A DNA stretch of 64,000 nucleotides from Antedon mediterranea. Lineage: Eukaryota; Animalia; Echinodermata. How positions within the stretch are numbered: position 1 is the stretch's first letter; every line of letters starts with the position of its first letter. This document shows positions 13,001-28,000 of this stretch, piece after piece. Under the pieces are notes generated by a model, which was not told where the DNA came from, ran no database searches, and worked only from the letters and a program-made list of their open reading frames with translations. Where the stretch lies: assembly GCF_964355755.1 (NCBI RefSeq), contig NC_092676.1, positions 21,718,871 through 21,782,870 on the forward strand. The letters are read 5' to 3'. The position numbers and the translations under genes are program-made.

Positions 13001-16000
13001 GCTTTGGTGACCATGTATCTGTCACTTTTAAACACTATTCACTTCCTTTACGAGCTATGATCGGAAATTATCAAGCAAAATACTGTTACACTAGATGTTT
13101 TTTATATACATAAGATTAAACACCCTCTCTTGGGGTATTGCTAACCCCCGCAAACCTAAAAAAAAACATAGCAAACCCCACCGAACCAACATACAGTAAA
13201 AGTGATTGAATCATGTGTGTTCAACCCACTGGGTATATCAATGTAATAAAAAAAATTAAATTTCTACTGTCAACAACTTATTTTTGGGGTAAAACATCAT
13301 TTTTTAGTCAAAAATGATTGCTAAACCCGCAAACCTCCAAAAAACCATAGCAAACCCGCAAACCTCCAAAAAACCATAGCAAACCCCACCGAACCAACAT
13401 AAAAGTGATTGAATAATGTAGTGTACGACCCACTGGGTATATAAATTATTAAATTTCTACTGTTAACTACTTTTTGAGGATAAAACATCATTTTTTGGTT
13501 AAAAATTAGCAATAATTTTTGACCAAAAAATGATGTTTTACCCCAAAAATAAGTAGTTAACAGTAGAAATTTAATATTTTTTTTACATGGATATACCCAG
13601 TGGGTTGTACAGTACACTACATGATTCAATCACTTTTATGTTGGTTCGGTGGGGTTTGCTATATTTTTTTTTAGTTTTGCGGGGTTTAGCAATAATTTTT
13701 GACCAAAAAATGATGTTTTACCCCAAAAATAAGTACCGTATATTTCGGTGTATAAGTCGCACTTTTGACACGCAAATTTGACCTCTAAATTAAGGGTGCG
13801 TCTTATACACCGAACATAAATGCCTCACCACACAGATTGTACATATAGGCCTAGGCTATCGTCACCTTGTTTGCTACTGTAGGCCTGAGTAGGCTAGGTC
13901 TAGCTACAGTAACTAACTAACGTAACGGCAACCTGCTTCTGCCTAGTTTTCAAGGCATTTTAGCATGATGTTGAACTAAATATGATGAAAAGATTTGTTC
14001 ATTATGGCGATAAAATTTCATTTGTAAACGTTTACTGTACGTACGATTGGAAGAGTATTTATTTATACAGTAGGTATACGCACGATCGCTGTACCCCCAG
14101 CGCGAGCCCTTCTTGGCGACCACATGTACGGTATTCGACTAGTATATTCTCCAGGTGATTATAGCATGGACCTAGCGTACACACTTCTCGGATACATAGA
14201 TACTAATCGAATACGATTGTCCGTGAAAACGTGCGCCCTCTCGAAATGATCAAGCGAGGCTAGCCCACACGTACATGTTACACACACGGTCATGCACTCG
14301 ATGTTGAGGCTGGGCGCGGCCGAGGCTAGGTAAGAAAAAACCTAAATAAAGGACGCCGTTGCAGATATAACAAAATATATTATTACAATAATATTGATTA
14401 CAATTTAAAAAAACATTGTTTTGATGAAATATAAGGTGCGTCTTATACACCGATATTTAATAAATACCGATATTTTACACTCAGTTTAGGGGGTGCGTCT
14501 TATACACCGAAATATATGGTAGTTAACAGTAGAAATTTAATATTTTTTTTACATGGATATACCCAGTGGGTTGTACACTACTTGATTCAATCACTTTTAT
14601 GTTGGTTCGATGTGGTTTGCTATATTTTTTTGGAGGTTTGCAGGGTTTAGCAATCATTTTTGACCAAAAAAATGATGTTTTACCCCAAAAATAATTAGTT
14701 AACAGTAAAAATGTATTATTTTTTTTACATGGATATACCCAGTGGGTTGTACACTACATGATTCAATCACTTTTATGTTGGTTTGATGGGGTTTGCTACG
14801 TTTTTTGGGGGTTTGCGGTGTTTAGCAATACCCCTTTCTTGTACTTGTAGCCCCCATTGAATACCAGTTGGTATAGATTGTTATTTCCTTGCCTCTGCTC
14901 AGAGGGTTACCTATAAAGAATAGCAGTGCAAGCGTTTCAGCTTTGTAATAATGGTTGCATGTTTGAAATGTGCGCTCTATTGTGTTGGGACTAAGCTTAC
15001 TGAACTGTTGTACAATAGGTTGTTGATTACTGTAAAAATACCTGGTCAATTCACTAAATAATACCCAGGCTTTGGAATGCTTGAGTGTACCACACTCAAT
15101 GACAATACAATGTATACCTGCCTGTACTGTACATTGTTTCTTATTCTGAATTCCAAACTCTCAGTCTTACTTTATTTGCTGTTTTAAATATTTTTAGAAA
15201 ATCATAACAAGTAAGCAAGGTTGAAAGAGATGTCTTTCTTTGCAAAATTATATTTCTTATATTTTAAAATATTTTCTTTAAATAAACTGACCATAATTAA
15301 TACTACGTTCCAATTTAATTTATAAAATCTGAAAATAAATTGTTTACAATGAGGGAGGGAGCCTTTGGGTACATGGTAATAAATAACATTACAATACATA
15401 GCAAAATGGCTTTATTTGTTGCTACTGTATGTGTTGGAATGCTAATGTTAATAACAATGGTGTAGACAAAGAATAAGAAATAATAACTCAATGGTTTCCT
15501 TTTTTCACTACAAACAATCAAACAATAAATGTAACGATAAATTATTGAATTATAAGTATAGATTTAAGATTTGTTTCATTTTGTATCTATTGCTGACTAA
15601 GTACTGTACATATAAGTACAGAATATGTGTTCATTTTAATTTTGTTAAAGAACTTTTAAATTATTTTCAATTTAAATTTAATGTTTTATAGAACATGTTT
15701 TATGTCTACTTCTATACATTACTTTATCAAGACAAACCATTTTTAACTTAAAACACATGCTTACCTAATTATGTAGAAATTGTAACAGGACCATGTTAGA
15801 AATTTGCCCTCATTAGTGATCATGTGTGAAATGCTTTCCATACTTGTTTACAGTTTGTTGGTGGTCCCTGACAGTTCAAAGGTCAGAACTAAATTGCATT
15901 GACTGTTTATTACTGTACCTCATTCTGTGTGCCTGTATAATGGCTTTAATGAACACCTATTAGGTAAGATAGCCATAAAAATATGATCAAAAGAGAAATT

Positions 16001-19000
16001 TAGCCACATGTGTTTGGTTAATAAGTAGATTACTATATGTTATATTATAACACACCTGTGTAATATCCTCTCGCCATTTGATTGGTTAATTTTGTACTGA
16101 GTATTAAATTCTCCATTCAGTATTTGTTCTATTGCATTATAACAGTTTCATTTAATGGTTTTGTTATGGTTCTATTATACCTTGAATATTTTTAGAATGT
16201 TGTCTATTTGTTGCATGTTTGAAGAGCCAACTTGTAGTGTTCAGAAAAATTAGAGTCACTTTTAAACGAATGAAAATTTTTTTTTTTTAATTTCATTTTC
16301 AAATAATGATTACACTACAGCAGTAGATTAGTGATTTTTAAATTAGTAGTTTTATATTTAAACTCTGCCTACACGATGATTATCAATCTAGTTGGACAAA
16401 AAAGGTGTAATGTGCCCAAATATGGTAGTGATACTCCCAAATAAATATAGAGCTTAAGACAGTACAGTAAACATGGTTGGTGGTGAATAAAAAAATATTC
16501 ATTCAAAACCTTTTTCTTACCATTAAATACTAACCTACAGTACTACACTTAACCTTGATAAACCTTCAATTGTATTAATTAAAACATTTCATGGAGAAGG
16601 AAATTAATTACTGAGCTGTAATAAATGATATGAATGGTGCAAAAGTAGCAAACAATATACACGTCCATCAATAATTCTAACACTTGCCAAATAATGCTTT
16701 TTTCCACCATAGGCGTTACTTGCAGAACGCTTGCCCATGTTAATGTTTTGACATTGAGAATTGAATTGGTAGAGTGTTTGTACACTGTAATATAACATGT
16801 TTGATGGTAATACATTAGAGATGTTTTAATGGGAAGCATTTAAGCCTGATTAATGTATTAATTCGGAAACAATCATTAAATGCCATGTTGCGGCTGCTTT
16901 GTCCAGTGTAACAATGAACAAAAACCCAGAGGAATTTATAACTGTTAGGGCCTGTTTCTGCTGCATAAAAAATAACCGGTTAAAATCGGTGTGAATAAAT
17001 TAAAATCGGTGTGAATAAATTAACTCCATTTTCTTGGCAGCAGAAACAGGACACATTTGTGGTAACCGGTTAAAAGGCAGCGCAAAATAACCGGTTAAAA
17101 ACACCAATTTAAATCGGTGTTAGAACGCCGTTTAACCGGTTATCGCTGAGCAATTCTTAGCTGCAACACGAAATAACGGTTATTTGATTGACAGTTGTGA
17201 CCCCGGGTCAGATACCGTCGCATACGATGTGTGTTTTCCTCGTGGTTTTGACAGTCGAACGAAGAAGTGAACATGTATGTGGATGAATGAAATCACAAGA
17301 TATGTTATTCAGTTGTGGGGGGAGAGAAAGTACGGGGAAGGATGGCAGGCAATAGAAAAGAATCACAGATAATAATTAAGAGCATTTTTGCGAAAGTAAA
17401 AGAGGAGTTTGGGGTGGAGTTCCGGGGACTACCCAAGCTAAGCAATTTGAGGCGTTAGTACACGCTTGCGAAGGGTATGGATGGTCCTATATAATAAACA
17501 CCAAAACGGAAACAAAAGGAACTCAGAATGTTGCAAATACCTACCAAACGATAGTAGATAATGGTTAATTAATTATGAAAACCCAAATTTTATAGCAAAA
17601 ATCATCCGAATTTATGTTATAAACGATGAATTTAGCAACAAAAACTTAATCCAAACGAGCGTATTTATGGCACGCCCTTAGTGCCTTTAATAGGAGAACA
17701 ATGAACATTCTTACTTTGATCATTTTACATAATATAATTTTTTAGAAAAAACATCACATCGACCGAAAACAAAGGTAATCAGAGCCTTTGATAATATATT
17801 AAATATGATTTTATTAAGCATAGAAATGTGTTATTATTTATGTTAGTACATAAATATACGAAATAATGTTCAATACTCATTATTTTATTAAAGGCACTAT
17901 ATGCGTGCGATATTCTATGACTTGGATACTCTCGTTTGATTTAAGTTTTTGTGGCTAAACTCATCGTTTTTAACATAAATTCGGACGATTTTTGCTATAA
18001 AAGTTGGGTTTTCATAATTAATTTACAATTATCTACTCTCGTTTGGTAAGTATTGCAACATTCTGAGTCTCGTTTTTGTTTCCGTTTGGTGTTTTGTGAC
18101 AACAGTCGTTCACGTGGGAAGGGCCGTATGTCATCGTCTTTGTTGAGGATAAAATTATCCTAGTTTAGGCGATCGGGCGCTGCACGACCCTCCCCATCAT
18201 GTTATTGAAGGCGCCATGAGAATTAATTTTATTAGCGATGTAAGTAGGCTTTACAAAAAACAAAACTTGTAGACCTGGAGACAACATTTTATTTTTTTAA
18301 CATGTTTGAGTGAGATGTTCGGCGATATAATACACACGTGTGTACACACGACGTCGATGTAAACAAACAGCCAACTTCTACTTCCGTCTGAGTGTATTGC
18401 ATTTTGGGTAATGATGACATTTTGCTCGACGACCACCCATAGATTTAACCGGTTATTTCGGAGCACAAATTGAGCAGAAACGCGGTCTTGTTATTGTTAT
18501 TTATTTTTAATCTATTTTAAAATAACCGGTTAAATTGCGTTATGCAGCAGAAACAGACCCTTGGGCTAATAATAATACAGTCAGTAACTGTAGTAATTAT
18601 ATACTGTAAAAAATACTAAAATAAACTGAGTTTTTATAGTAGTTTTTTTATTTTATTTTGTGATAAAAAAAAATCAAAATACAGTGTGTTGGATGTTTGT
18701 TAATGCTTTGGATTAGTTAGATTAGTTTCTGCTTCAAATTATGGAGGTGCTACAATACATTAAAAATGTAAGAAATAATATACAGTATTACCTTTATTGT
18801 TCTCAAAAGTAAAGATATGTGATATTATAACTGGACTGTATGTGTACTGTTGATACTGTAAAATATAACTGTAACTGTAAAATATTTTAGTTTCAAGTGA
18901 ATTTTTAAGTCTATTTTGGGCAAAGATTTTGTTTTGTTTGTTTATTACCTTTACTGTTCTCAAAAGTAAAGACATGTGCTATTATAACTGGAGTGTATGT

Positions 19001-22000
19001 GTTGTAATGCACAGTAATGTGTGCTGTTGATACTGTAAAATATAACTGTAACTGTAAAATGTTTTTGTTTCAAGTGAATTTTTTAAGTCTATTTTAAAGT
19101 GCCTTCACAGAATAACACCTACTTTTTCCTTCTTCCACAGCCGAACCCCATCTTGTGTATGCAAACCGTAGAGATATTAGAATTATCGATGCAGGCAGTA
19201 ATAAACCAAAGTCGAACAATTTCCTGGTAATAAACGGCTTGGATGATGCCGCTGCAGTGGATTTTATATTTGAAGAACAATATGTCTTCTGGACGGACAT
19301 TAATCTTGCCCGAATTAGTAAAACACATTTTAACGGTACAAGGAGTAACGAACAGGAGGACATTATTACATCGGGCCTCATTTCAAACGATGGCCTTGCG
19401 GTCGACTGGATTGGTCGCAAAATATATTGGACGGACTCGGAAACAAAAAGAATTGAGGTGGCCAATTTCGATGGTAGTTCGAGAAAAGTTTTATTTTGGG
19501 AAAATTTGGACCAACCACGAGCAATTGCGTTGGATCCAGTAAATGGGTAAGTAGGATGAAAAATACGGTTTGTCATGTCAAATTGACAAATTTCCAGATA
19601 ATAAAGAGTGGTATGGTGTAAATATATGGGATGACAGGCTTCAAAATCTGTGCCATACAGTATTGTTTATATGTATCTATGTCGTGCCTAGCTTACCTGG
19701 ATAAACCAACAGTAGCCTCTGCTCGAGGGAGGACTTGGATGTGAAAAATTAAATGTTCCTATAGAGCACTGTTTTTGTAAGCATTCAGGGATGTTAATAT
19801 TGAGTTTTTTTTTCAACCGAGAGAACGGGTTTTATTGGTCATCATACTGTAGACTAAAACTCTATCACTACAGAATGCAAAATGCTCAGGCGGTCAAACA
19901 ATCAAGATCCTATAGTCTAGTACCACCTGTAGTACAGTAGGTCAATCAATTTGTATTTGTACGTCATCATCTCTGTTGTTGAGATAAGTTGAGGACCCTT
20001 CCTACAGTATAAGGAATGAAGCTTCAAAATATCCAAGTATAGTAGTTAGTAGGCCTACTGTAGTAAAGTATACAGTACAGTAGTACATTGTTAGTTAAAT
20101 AGATGGTGCACAGTGCTAAACTGGTGAAATGGCGCTGCCAATTAATTATAATACTGTACAGTACTACTATGTAGATTACTAGTTTAGTTTACTACTTTAT
20201 GGAAGGACTAGTAACATTCCTGTTTAATTGTACTGCCTTTGAGTTTGTGTAATGCATCAGTCTTCAATTTGTTCAAAGTCAAAACATGTCTCAAGTTTGT
20301 TCATTTGTCACAATAATGATTGACACTTGATTTTTAATGTGACATTTGTTTTTTTGTTGTTTTAAATTTTCATGTGGAGTGGATAGTTTATTTCTATGCA
20401 TTGTTGTTTTTTAACCATAGACTTCAGTCGGCCTTTAAAATACAAGTCTTATAACTAATTTGTATTTCTTAGTTCAGGGATCATATACAAGTTGAAATAA
20501 TCTCCCTTTTCACTAGTTAGGAAATTCACAAGAAAACAAACAGAGAAGTTATGATTGGCAGGTGGATTGACAAGTTAGCTTAGCATGACCCTAGGGCACA
20601 TGGTGCCATTCAGTCTGTATGTGAGCTATCAGGCCCCTGTTGTGTCCTGGTAGAAGACAAGGTCATCTAGTAGAAGACTGGCTAAATTGTTTTTTCATGT
20701 GGCCTGATGACAAGAATTTCTTTTACTGTCCAATAGTTTGTCACCAGTAGGTAATATGTTATTACTGTACTTGGTAAAATGTCAACTAGTAATGTTCTTT
20801 AGTTCAACTATCATGTGTTAATTGACAACAAAAAGGAAAAGAAAATAAGTTCTCAGTTTGTTTGATTCAACTTCACAAGTACAGTAATATTCCAATGACA
20901 GATGATGTAAATTATTACTGTATGTTCAACTGTTTTACTGTATGTTCACTTGACAAAGGAAAGGAAAACAAGTTTTTCATTTTAACATACTGTACCATTT
21001 TAAAAGAAAAGTATACAAGCAGCATTGTTTTAATTCATTCTTAACATTTTTTTAATCTATTGAATATTAATTTAAAATTTGTCAAGATTTTAGTCTACCC
21101 AAATGTTTCAAAATATCATTTAGAACCTTTTAACAAGACATTTTGGACAGGTACTTTTTGATGACCGCAAAAAGATCTAAACCTAAGCTTGGCAAAATTA
21201 AAAGCGTTCCTACTTTATAAATATAGTAAAACCTCATGTCAGCTCTTTCTTACTGTGGCTCAAATAGGCTTACACACATGCAGTAGAAATCAATGCAGTG
21301 ACATGCTATTAGGGTAAACACAACCATTTATTATATTTGTCTACCCACTAGGATACATGACATTAATTAGCAGAAGGTCTTAAGAAAAACATTAAAGACT
21401 TACATACATTTGACAGTCAGAATTTTCCCATGACATTAACTTTAATTGGGTATGATTATTGTACACTCACCCCTTGTATTTAATTATAACTTATAATTAT
21501 ATGAACTTATGAACATCTACATAAAAATATTTTTAAGTAATCAGTAGTTTTCTTATTTAATACAACATTGCCCCTTCAGTCAAAAAGTAATTATGCCATA
21601 CAAATTATTTTTTACCATCCAATCCCTGCCAAAATCGGCCTGACATTTTTTTTCTTTTTAGAATTAAATGCAATTTACAAAATCTATTGGCACTATAAGA
21701 AGCATTATTGTACTATTAATACAGTACTACTGTATGTTACTAGTACTGTACAGTAGTACTGTAGTACTATGTTTTACATACAGTATTACTATTAGGTAAT
21801 TGCAAATCACTGTACACCGAAAAAATCCATAGCAAACCTCATTGAACCAACAAAAGTTATTGAATATGTACTGTTTAGTGCATGCCACTCACTGATATTG
21901 AAGCTTTATCTTTGCAGTTATATAGTTTTAAACAATCCTTTTCAGTTTCTTATATAATGTAATTAAATATTTATTTTTTTTTTTAACCCACAGGTATATG

Positions 22001-25000
22001 TATTGGACAGATTGGGGGGAATTACCAAAAATTGAGCGTGCCGGAATGGACGGAACAAAACGCTCTGTAGTTATAGAAGAAAATATACATTGGCCAAATG
22101 GCTTAACAATAGACTACGAAGAGTCGCGTCTCTTCTGGGCTGATGCCAAAAAGACTTTTATTCATAGTTGCAATTTTGATGGATCAAATAGGACTCTTGT
22201 GTTAGAAGGAGCCGATTTGCTGCCCCACCCTTTTGCATTGACTTTGTACAGAGATACTTTATATTGGACAGATTGGGAACTGCATATAATATCCTCTTGT
22301 AATAAATACGATGGAAGCAATAGAAAAGTAGTTAAAAAAGATGTTTTTTCACCTATGGATATACATGTTTATTCGGCGGAAAGACAAAAAAAATCAAGTA
22401 AGTTGGTTCAAAGTATACAGTAGTGCAAAGAGGAGAAGTAAACTATACAGTATTTATATTACTGTATACTATCCGAACATATACTGTACCAGACCTGAGC
22501 AGGTACCTCATTCCCACCCCATTCTACTGTCTATTTTACTTTAAAAAACTTCCCAAACTGGCCCATTCTCTCAATCCTCAACCTTCTGTAATGGTTTTCA
22601 TTAACTGTGCAATACTTTATTCCTCCCAACTGTATTGAAACTTAATTTTCTTTTGTTCGCAGGTTTTAATCCATGTACAGTGAACAATGGAGGCTGTTCA
22701 CACCTGTGTTTAATGGCTCCAAATGAGTTTCACCATTCCTGTGCCTGTCCAACTGGTGTACTACTTCTTGAAGATCAACTCACCTGTGCCGATGGTATGT
22801 ATCATTGGACACATAATAATTATTTTCACTGGATAAACCTAGACAATAGATTTTATTACTGTAGTTTCAAAGAGCAACCAAGCACGAATTTAAGCAGGGG
22901 GATATCAGGCTTTAGCCCCTCTCCCCCCACCCCCCCTAAAATTTAACACAATAACAGCAATGTCTTTTTAATATAAAATAATGAATATTTTTTGCAACCC
23001 AGACTTTAGCCCCCTAAAATTTAACAGCCATGTCTTTTTAAAATAAAATAATGACTATTTTTGAATACTCAAAAATGCATTGACATTGATTTTCAAACTT
23101 CAAAGTTTGTGTAACATATCTAATGTTATGGTAGGCCTGAATTAAGATTACTTGATTATGACCAGACAAGCCAAGCAAGTCAAGGGAAGGTCCAACACTG
23201 TACAGCTGAACAAAATCAATATCCCTTGATTATGCTATATTCCCTTCAAGTGGTTTGTGTGGCCAGTCAGCCTGAAGACATTGTTTGCTGGTTATTGATT
23301 TGTAATATATACAGATTATATTCAACATTTCAAATAACTTGTTTTTTGTTGGCTAAGATCATATTACAGGTATCATAGCACAATATATTGTATTTGTTTC
23401 AAGTGTCTGTCATAATTTCATGTTTAGACATTTTTCCAATGAATTTTCAAAGCCAATTAATTGGTCGTATAAACATGACATAAAATTATATTATGCATTG
23501 TGTGTAAGTAATAATTTCATTTGAATATGCTCTTTAAAGTATAAGAGAAAAGCAATGATCAGTAATATAAATATATAAAAAATATAATTATTTACATTAA
23601 AATAAATCTGTCAACGATAATTTTTATCTGAAGCGAATCAAACAATGTTTATTGCAGGTCCTCGGGAGATTTTATTATTAGCGAAAAGAAGAGACATTCG
23701 GCGGATTTCATTGGATACGCCAGATTACACCGACGTGGTGATACAACTCAAGGACGTGAAGAACGCAATCGCTATTGATTATGATCCTGTGGATGGTTTA
23801 ATTTATTGGACCGATGATGATGTTCATGCCATTCGAAGAGCAAAACTTGATGGATCAGGTAAATAATGAATAAGCTATCACAAACTCAGTTTACACATTT
23901 ATATTTTCACATGCAACAATTACTTTTCTATAGATTCCTAAGTGTCTGTTCATACATACAGAATAATAATTTTGTATTGAATACAGCATAGAATTCTATA
24001 GAAAATTACGAAAGCTCAAGGTATACATTTGGATACACCGTTTACAATACGAAAGTCATGTATTGACAGCCACCAACCAAATCAAATTTATTCATGCATA
24101 CCAGATTTTCGCCCGGATCATATTTGTAGACTTCAGTTTGTAATGAAAGCATTCGTCAATCTATTAAATCTCAATCTTATTAAATTAATAATTATGACAC
24201 TTTGTGACCATGCTTTTTACAATATGAATGCATAACCCAAATGATCTGGACATGCCCTGAAAATAATTTTCCTGTGATTGATAAATTCAGTACATACTAA
24301 AATTTTGCCAGTTTTTTGAAAAAATCTCTAGCAAGCCTGCAGTAATTTTTTGTAAATATTTTATAAATTCCCAGCCAAAAATAATAAGGTATTTGCAGTG
24401 AAAAACCTTTCTTGAATCTGTTTGAGTTATGTGATGATCACCAGGGAGTACTTCTCTACTCCTGAGCCTTGACTACAATTATTAAACCATCATCATCTTC
24501 ATATTTTTCCCAATGAGCTATGTATAATGAGAGAGAAGTATGCAAAGTGGCAATTTGATGGGTGACCTTTGAACTGTTTAAAGGTACTTAAAAGGTCAAA
24601 TTGGTTTTCCAAGGTCTATGATAAGGGTTCAACTTAGCTTTACTATAAAACATATTTTTCAACACAGAATGGTTAGGAAATTATTAGGGTACGTTCACAT
24701 GTACGACGTAAGAATGGCATGGCTTACGCAAGAAGTAAGGTAATCCATGGATTAAAATACTCATGTGTTCACACGTACGGCGTTCGTTAATATTAATGAT
24801 TGGCGTTAAACAAAGAAGTCCAAGTATCGCTTACGTTTTAAAAGTTAAACCCTTAGTTAAAGCATGTAATAACTTATTTCTCAAGGGTAAAGCTATTCTA
24901 CTACTGTGTATCTAGCAATAGTTTTGTAGTACATTTTATACAACATGTAACTTTGAATTGTATTATAATAATACCATTTCAATACCCTATTTACAGGCAG

Positions 25001-28000
25001 TTAACATCCGGTAGGAGACATTCATACCTAAATAGTAGAGTTATTATATATCTTGGCTAGATTTTTAAATAACAAAATGTTAATACTATTAATGTACAAA
25101 TGGTTGATGGCAATTTACAAACATTTCACAGTTCAAATGAAGCCTCATCTAGGTATTAGAAATTACTGAACATGATGTTTTTGTCTTGAATGGGAATAAT
25201 TCACAGCCGGTGTAAATCAAACATTTAGCCTGCTTCATTTCACCTATTATTAGCATCAGAATTCACTCAAATTAATTTGAATCTCACATTCTACAGATCA
25301 GTGCATGGACTGAAAGGTCAGTGAAATTCTAGAAAAGTTCAATAAATGAAATTGGGGCAAAAGGCCAAAACTTGAATGCTTTTTGTCTTTAAGTTATGAT
25401 GTGATGTTTATTTGAGAAAGAAAGACGATAAAAGATTATTACATTATTATGATAAATTTTTGTATGATTTTTTAAATAGTTTAATGACAAAAGTTAAGTT
25501 AATTAATGAAGTTGATAATTAAGTAAGAATTGTTAGGCATGTCAAAGGTCAAGAAATGGATTGGTTTTTTTGTTCCAACTATTATGAAGTCACCTCAATG
25601 GTACTGTAGGCTTCTGTCTGTGAACAACATAATTCAGTTGTCACAGAGTGACAGTGACTTGTCACAGTGGGTGATGTATACTAGATGTACAGGGCTAGGC
25701 TATGTTATCCTAAGCTGTGGATTACTAGCCAGGGATCTGGCAGAGAAAATGATTTATTGACAGTTCAATTATTAAAAAGTAAATTGGTATTCCAAGTCTG
25801 CTTTTAATTTCACTTCTTATACCATCATATTTTTACAATGTGCAACCCCAAATTAATTTGTTTAGCTGCCCATATTGTATACCATATGCATGACAAATTA
25901 TTTTGCAATATTCTGTACAGTAGCAACCATTCTTTCTTAAATTTTTACATATACAATAGTTAGTAGTACATTAATCTTACAGAAACCATGAAAGCCAATT
26001 CCAAATACTTTTATAAAAGAATGTCTCCAATTTTTGGTTTTTGCAAAGCACATTCTAATCTCTCACAAAAAGCTTGTCTGTCATCATGTGATAATTAGAG
26101 ATTGGACATTTGCCAACTAACTCCTGGTTAAAGTTGAATAAATAGTGGCCCCTGAATAACCCTAAATAGACAGGTTCCATTTCTCAAAAAACGGCCTAGA
26201 AAACGAATCAAGAAGCATTTTTGGGTAGAAGCTGGGATCCACTTGGTTTAGGATATTTCGACCTCGCTGATTACGAATATGGCGGATCCCAAGCGAAATT
26301 CGGCCATCTAAGCCCTTAATTTGCATAATTAAAAATGGCGGCCATTTTTTATAATTACCCTATATCTCGAGAACCACTAGTCACAGATAATTAATTTTGG
26401 TGTCAAAATGTTTTAAATATATGTTTTTATATTCACTTTAATGACACATTTTCTCAAAAAATTGATGCAAGTCGTATTTCTGACATTTTGACCTTTGACC
26501 TTGATTTATCGTATCTCAGTAACCAATAATCGGAGAGACACGAAATAGGGCTCAAATTGTTCAGAAACTATACATTCATATTTATTATAATGAAATGTTT
26601 TTACAAAAAATGGCCGATTCTACAACTATTGACCTTTGAACTATTAGTCAAATATAATAATATAATAATAATATAACTTTGAAAATTGTGGTCTTATGAA
26701 TTTTTTTTTCTTTTTAAATTGTTTAAAACATGTGTGTTTCTATCCAGTCTAATGGCATATTTTGTACAAGAATGGCCGATAGTATGGTTATTGACCTTTT
26801 AACTACAGCATAGGCCTACTGTATACTAAATATAATATAATTGCATAACTATGAAATTATTTATACACAATAATAATTAGTAACATTATAAAATTCACTG
26901 CCATCAAATATGATGTGTTATGATTTATATAGATTTAAAAAGGAATTTGAATACGCAAGTTACATTTTTTGAAATTTGAAATTTGAAATTACCTGCCATC
27001 AATATGATGGAGTGTGCTTATAGATTTTCTAAAATGTGAACATGTCAGCTACATTTGGAAATTACCTGCCATCAATATGATGGATTATGATTATAGATTT
27101 AAATAAAAATTTGAACACGTAACCTACATTAGAAAATTACCTGCTATCAATATGATGGATTATGATTATAGATTTAAAAAAGAATTTGAACACGTCAGCT
27201 ACATTTGGAAATTTGGAAATTACCTGCCATCAATATGATGGATTATGATTGTATAGTACCTGCCATCAATATGATGGATTATGATTATAGAATTAAAAAA
27301 GAATTTGAACACGTCAGCTACATTTGGAAATTGGGAAATTACCTGCCATCAATATGATGGATTATGATTATAGATTTTAAAAAGAATTTGAACACGTAAG
27401 CTACATTTGGAAATTTGGAAATTACCTGCCATCAATATGATGGATTATGATTGTATAGTACCTGCCATCAATATGATGGATTATGATTATAGATTTAAAA
27501 AAGAATTTGAACACGTAAGCTACATTTGAAAATTACTTGCCATCAATATGATGGATTATGATTGTATAGATTTAAAAGAAAATGTGAACACGTACGTAAG
27601 CTACATTTGGAATGAACATGTTAAGGGCATCAGTTAAGATCATTCATGCAAAGGTTTCCGTCATCTTTAGCGTTGTTACAGCGGCATAAAGCTGTACATG
27701 GTAGTTTTGACTTCTTGCACCTACATCTATTGGCAGGTTATGTATCGTGTCTTGCATCCACAATAAATCATCTCTAACGAAGCAGTAGGAATAGCTTCAT
27801 TTTTCAGAAGCACTGGTTGAAGTTTACCATTAGATAGCTCCCAACCAAAATATGTTGGTGATGGCAAATGCTGGATTGGCGATACAGCTTTTTTCCATAC
27901 GAGTGCTTGGAAGTGTGCTCTTTTTATATGTTGGTGCACTGCATCGCTTGTTGGAGGTAATGCCTTTTTTTTTTAAAGCCTAACTTTATTGGTACTTTTA

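Noticed and set aside
10109-19140. Nested protein-coding gene in the 9-kb first intron of LRP5/6
   Set aside because: Only short low-complexity ORFs are present, and the structure is explained by TEs and AT-rich sequence.
19094-19576. 160-aa antisense ORF (and similar antisense ORFs at 34540, 38103, 48602, 55628)
   Set aside because: These are shadows of real exons on the opposite strand with no independent motifs.
26990-27612. CRISPR-like array (palindromic repeat with intervening sequence)
   Set aside because: The intervening sequences are themselves near-identical, the context is a eukaryotic intron and there are no cas genes. It is a minisatellite inside a transposon.
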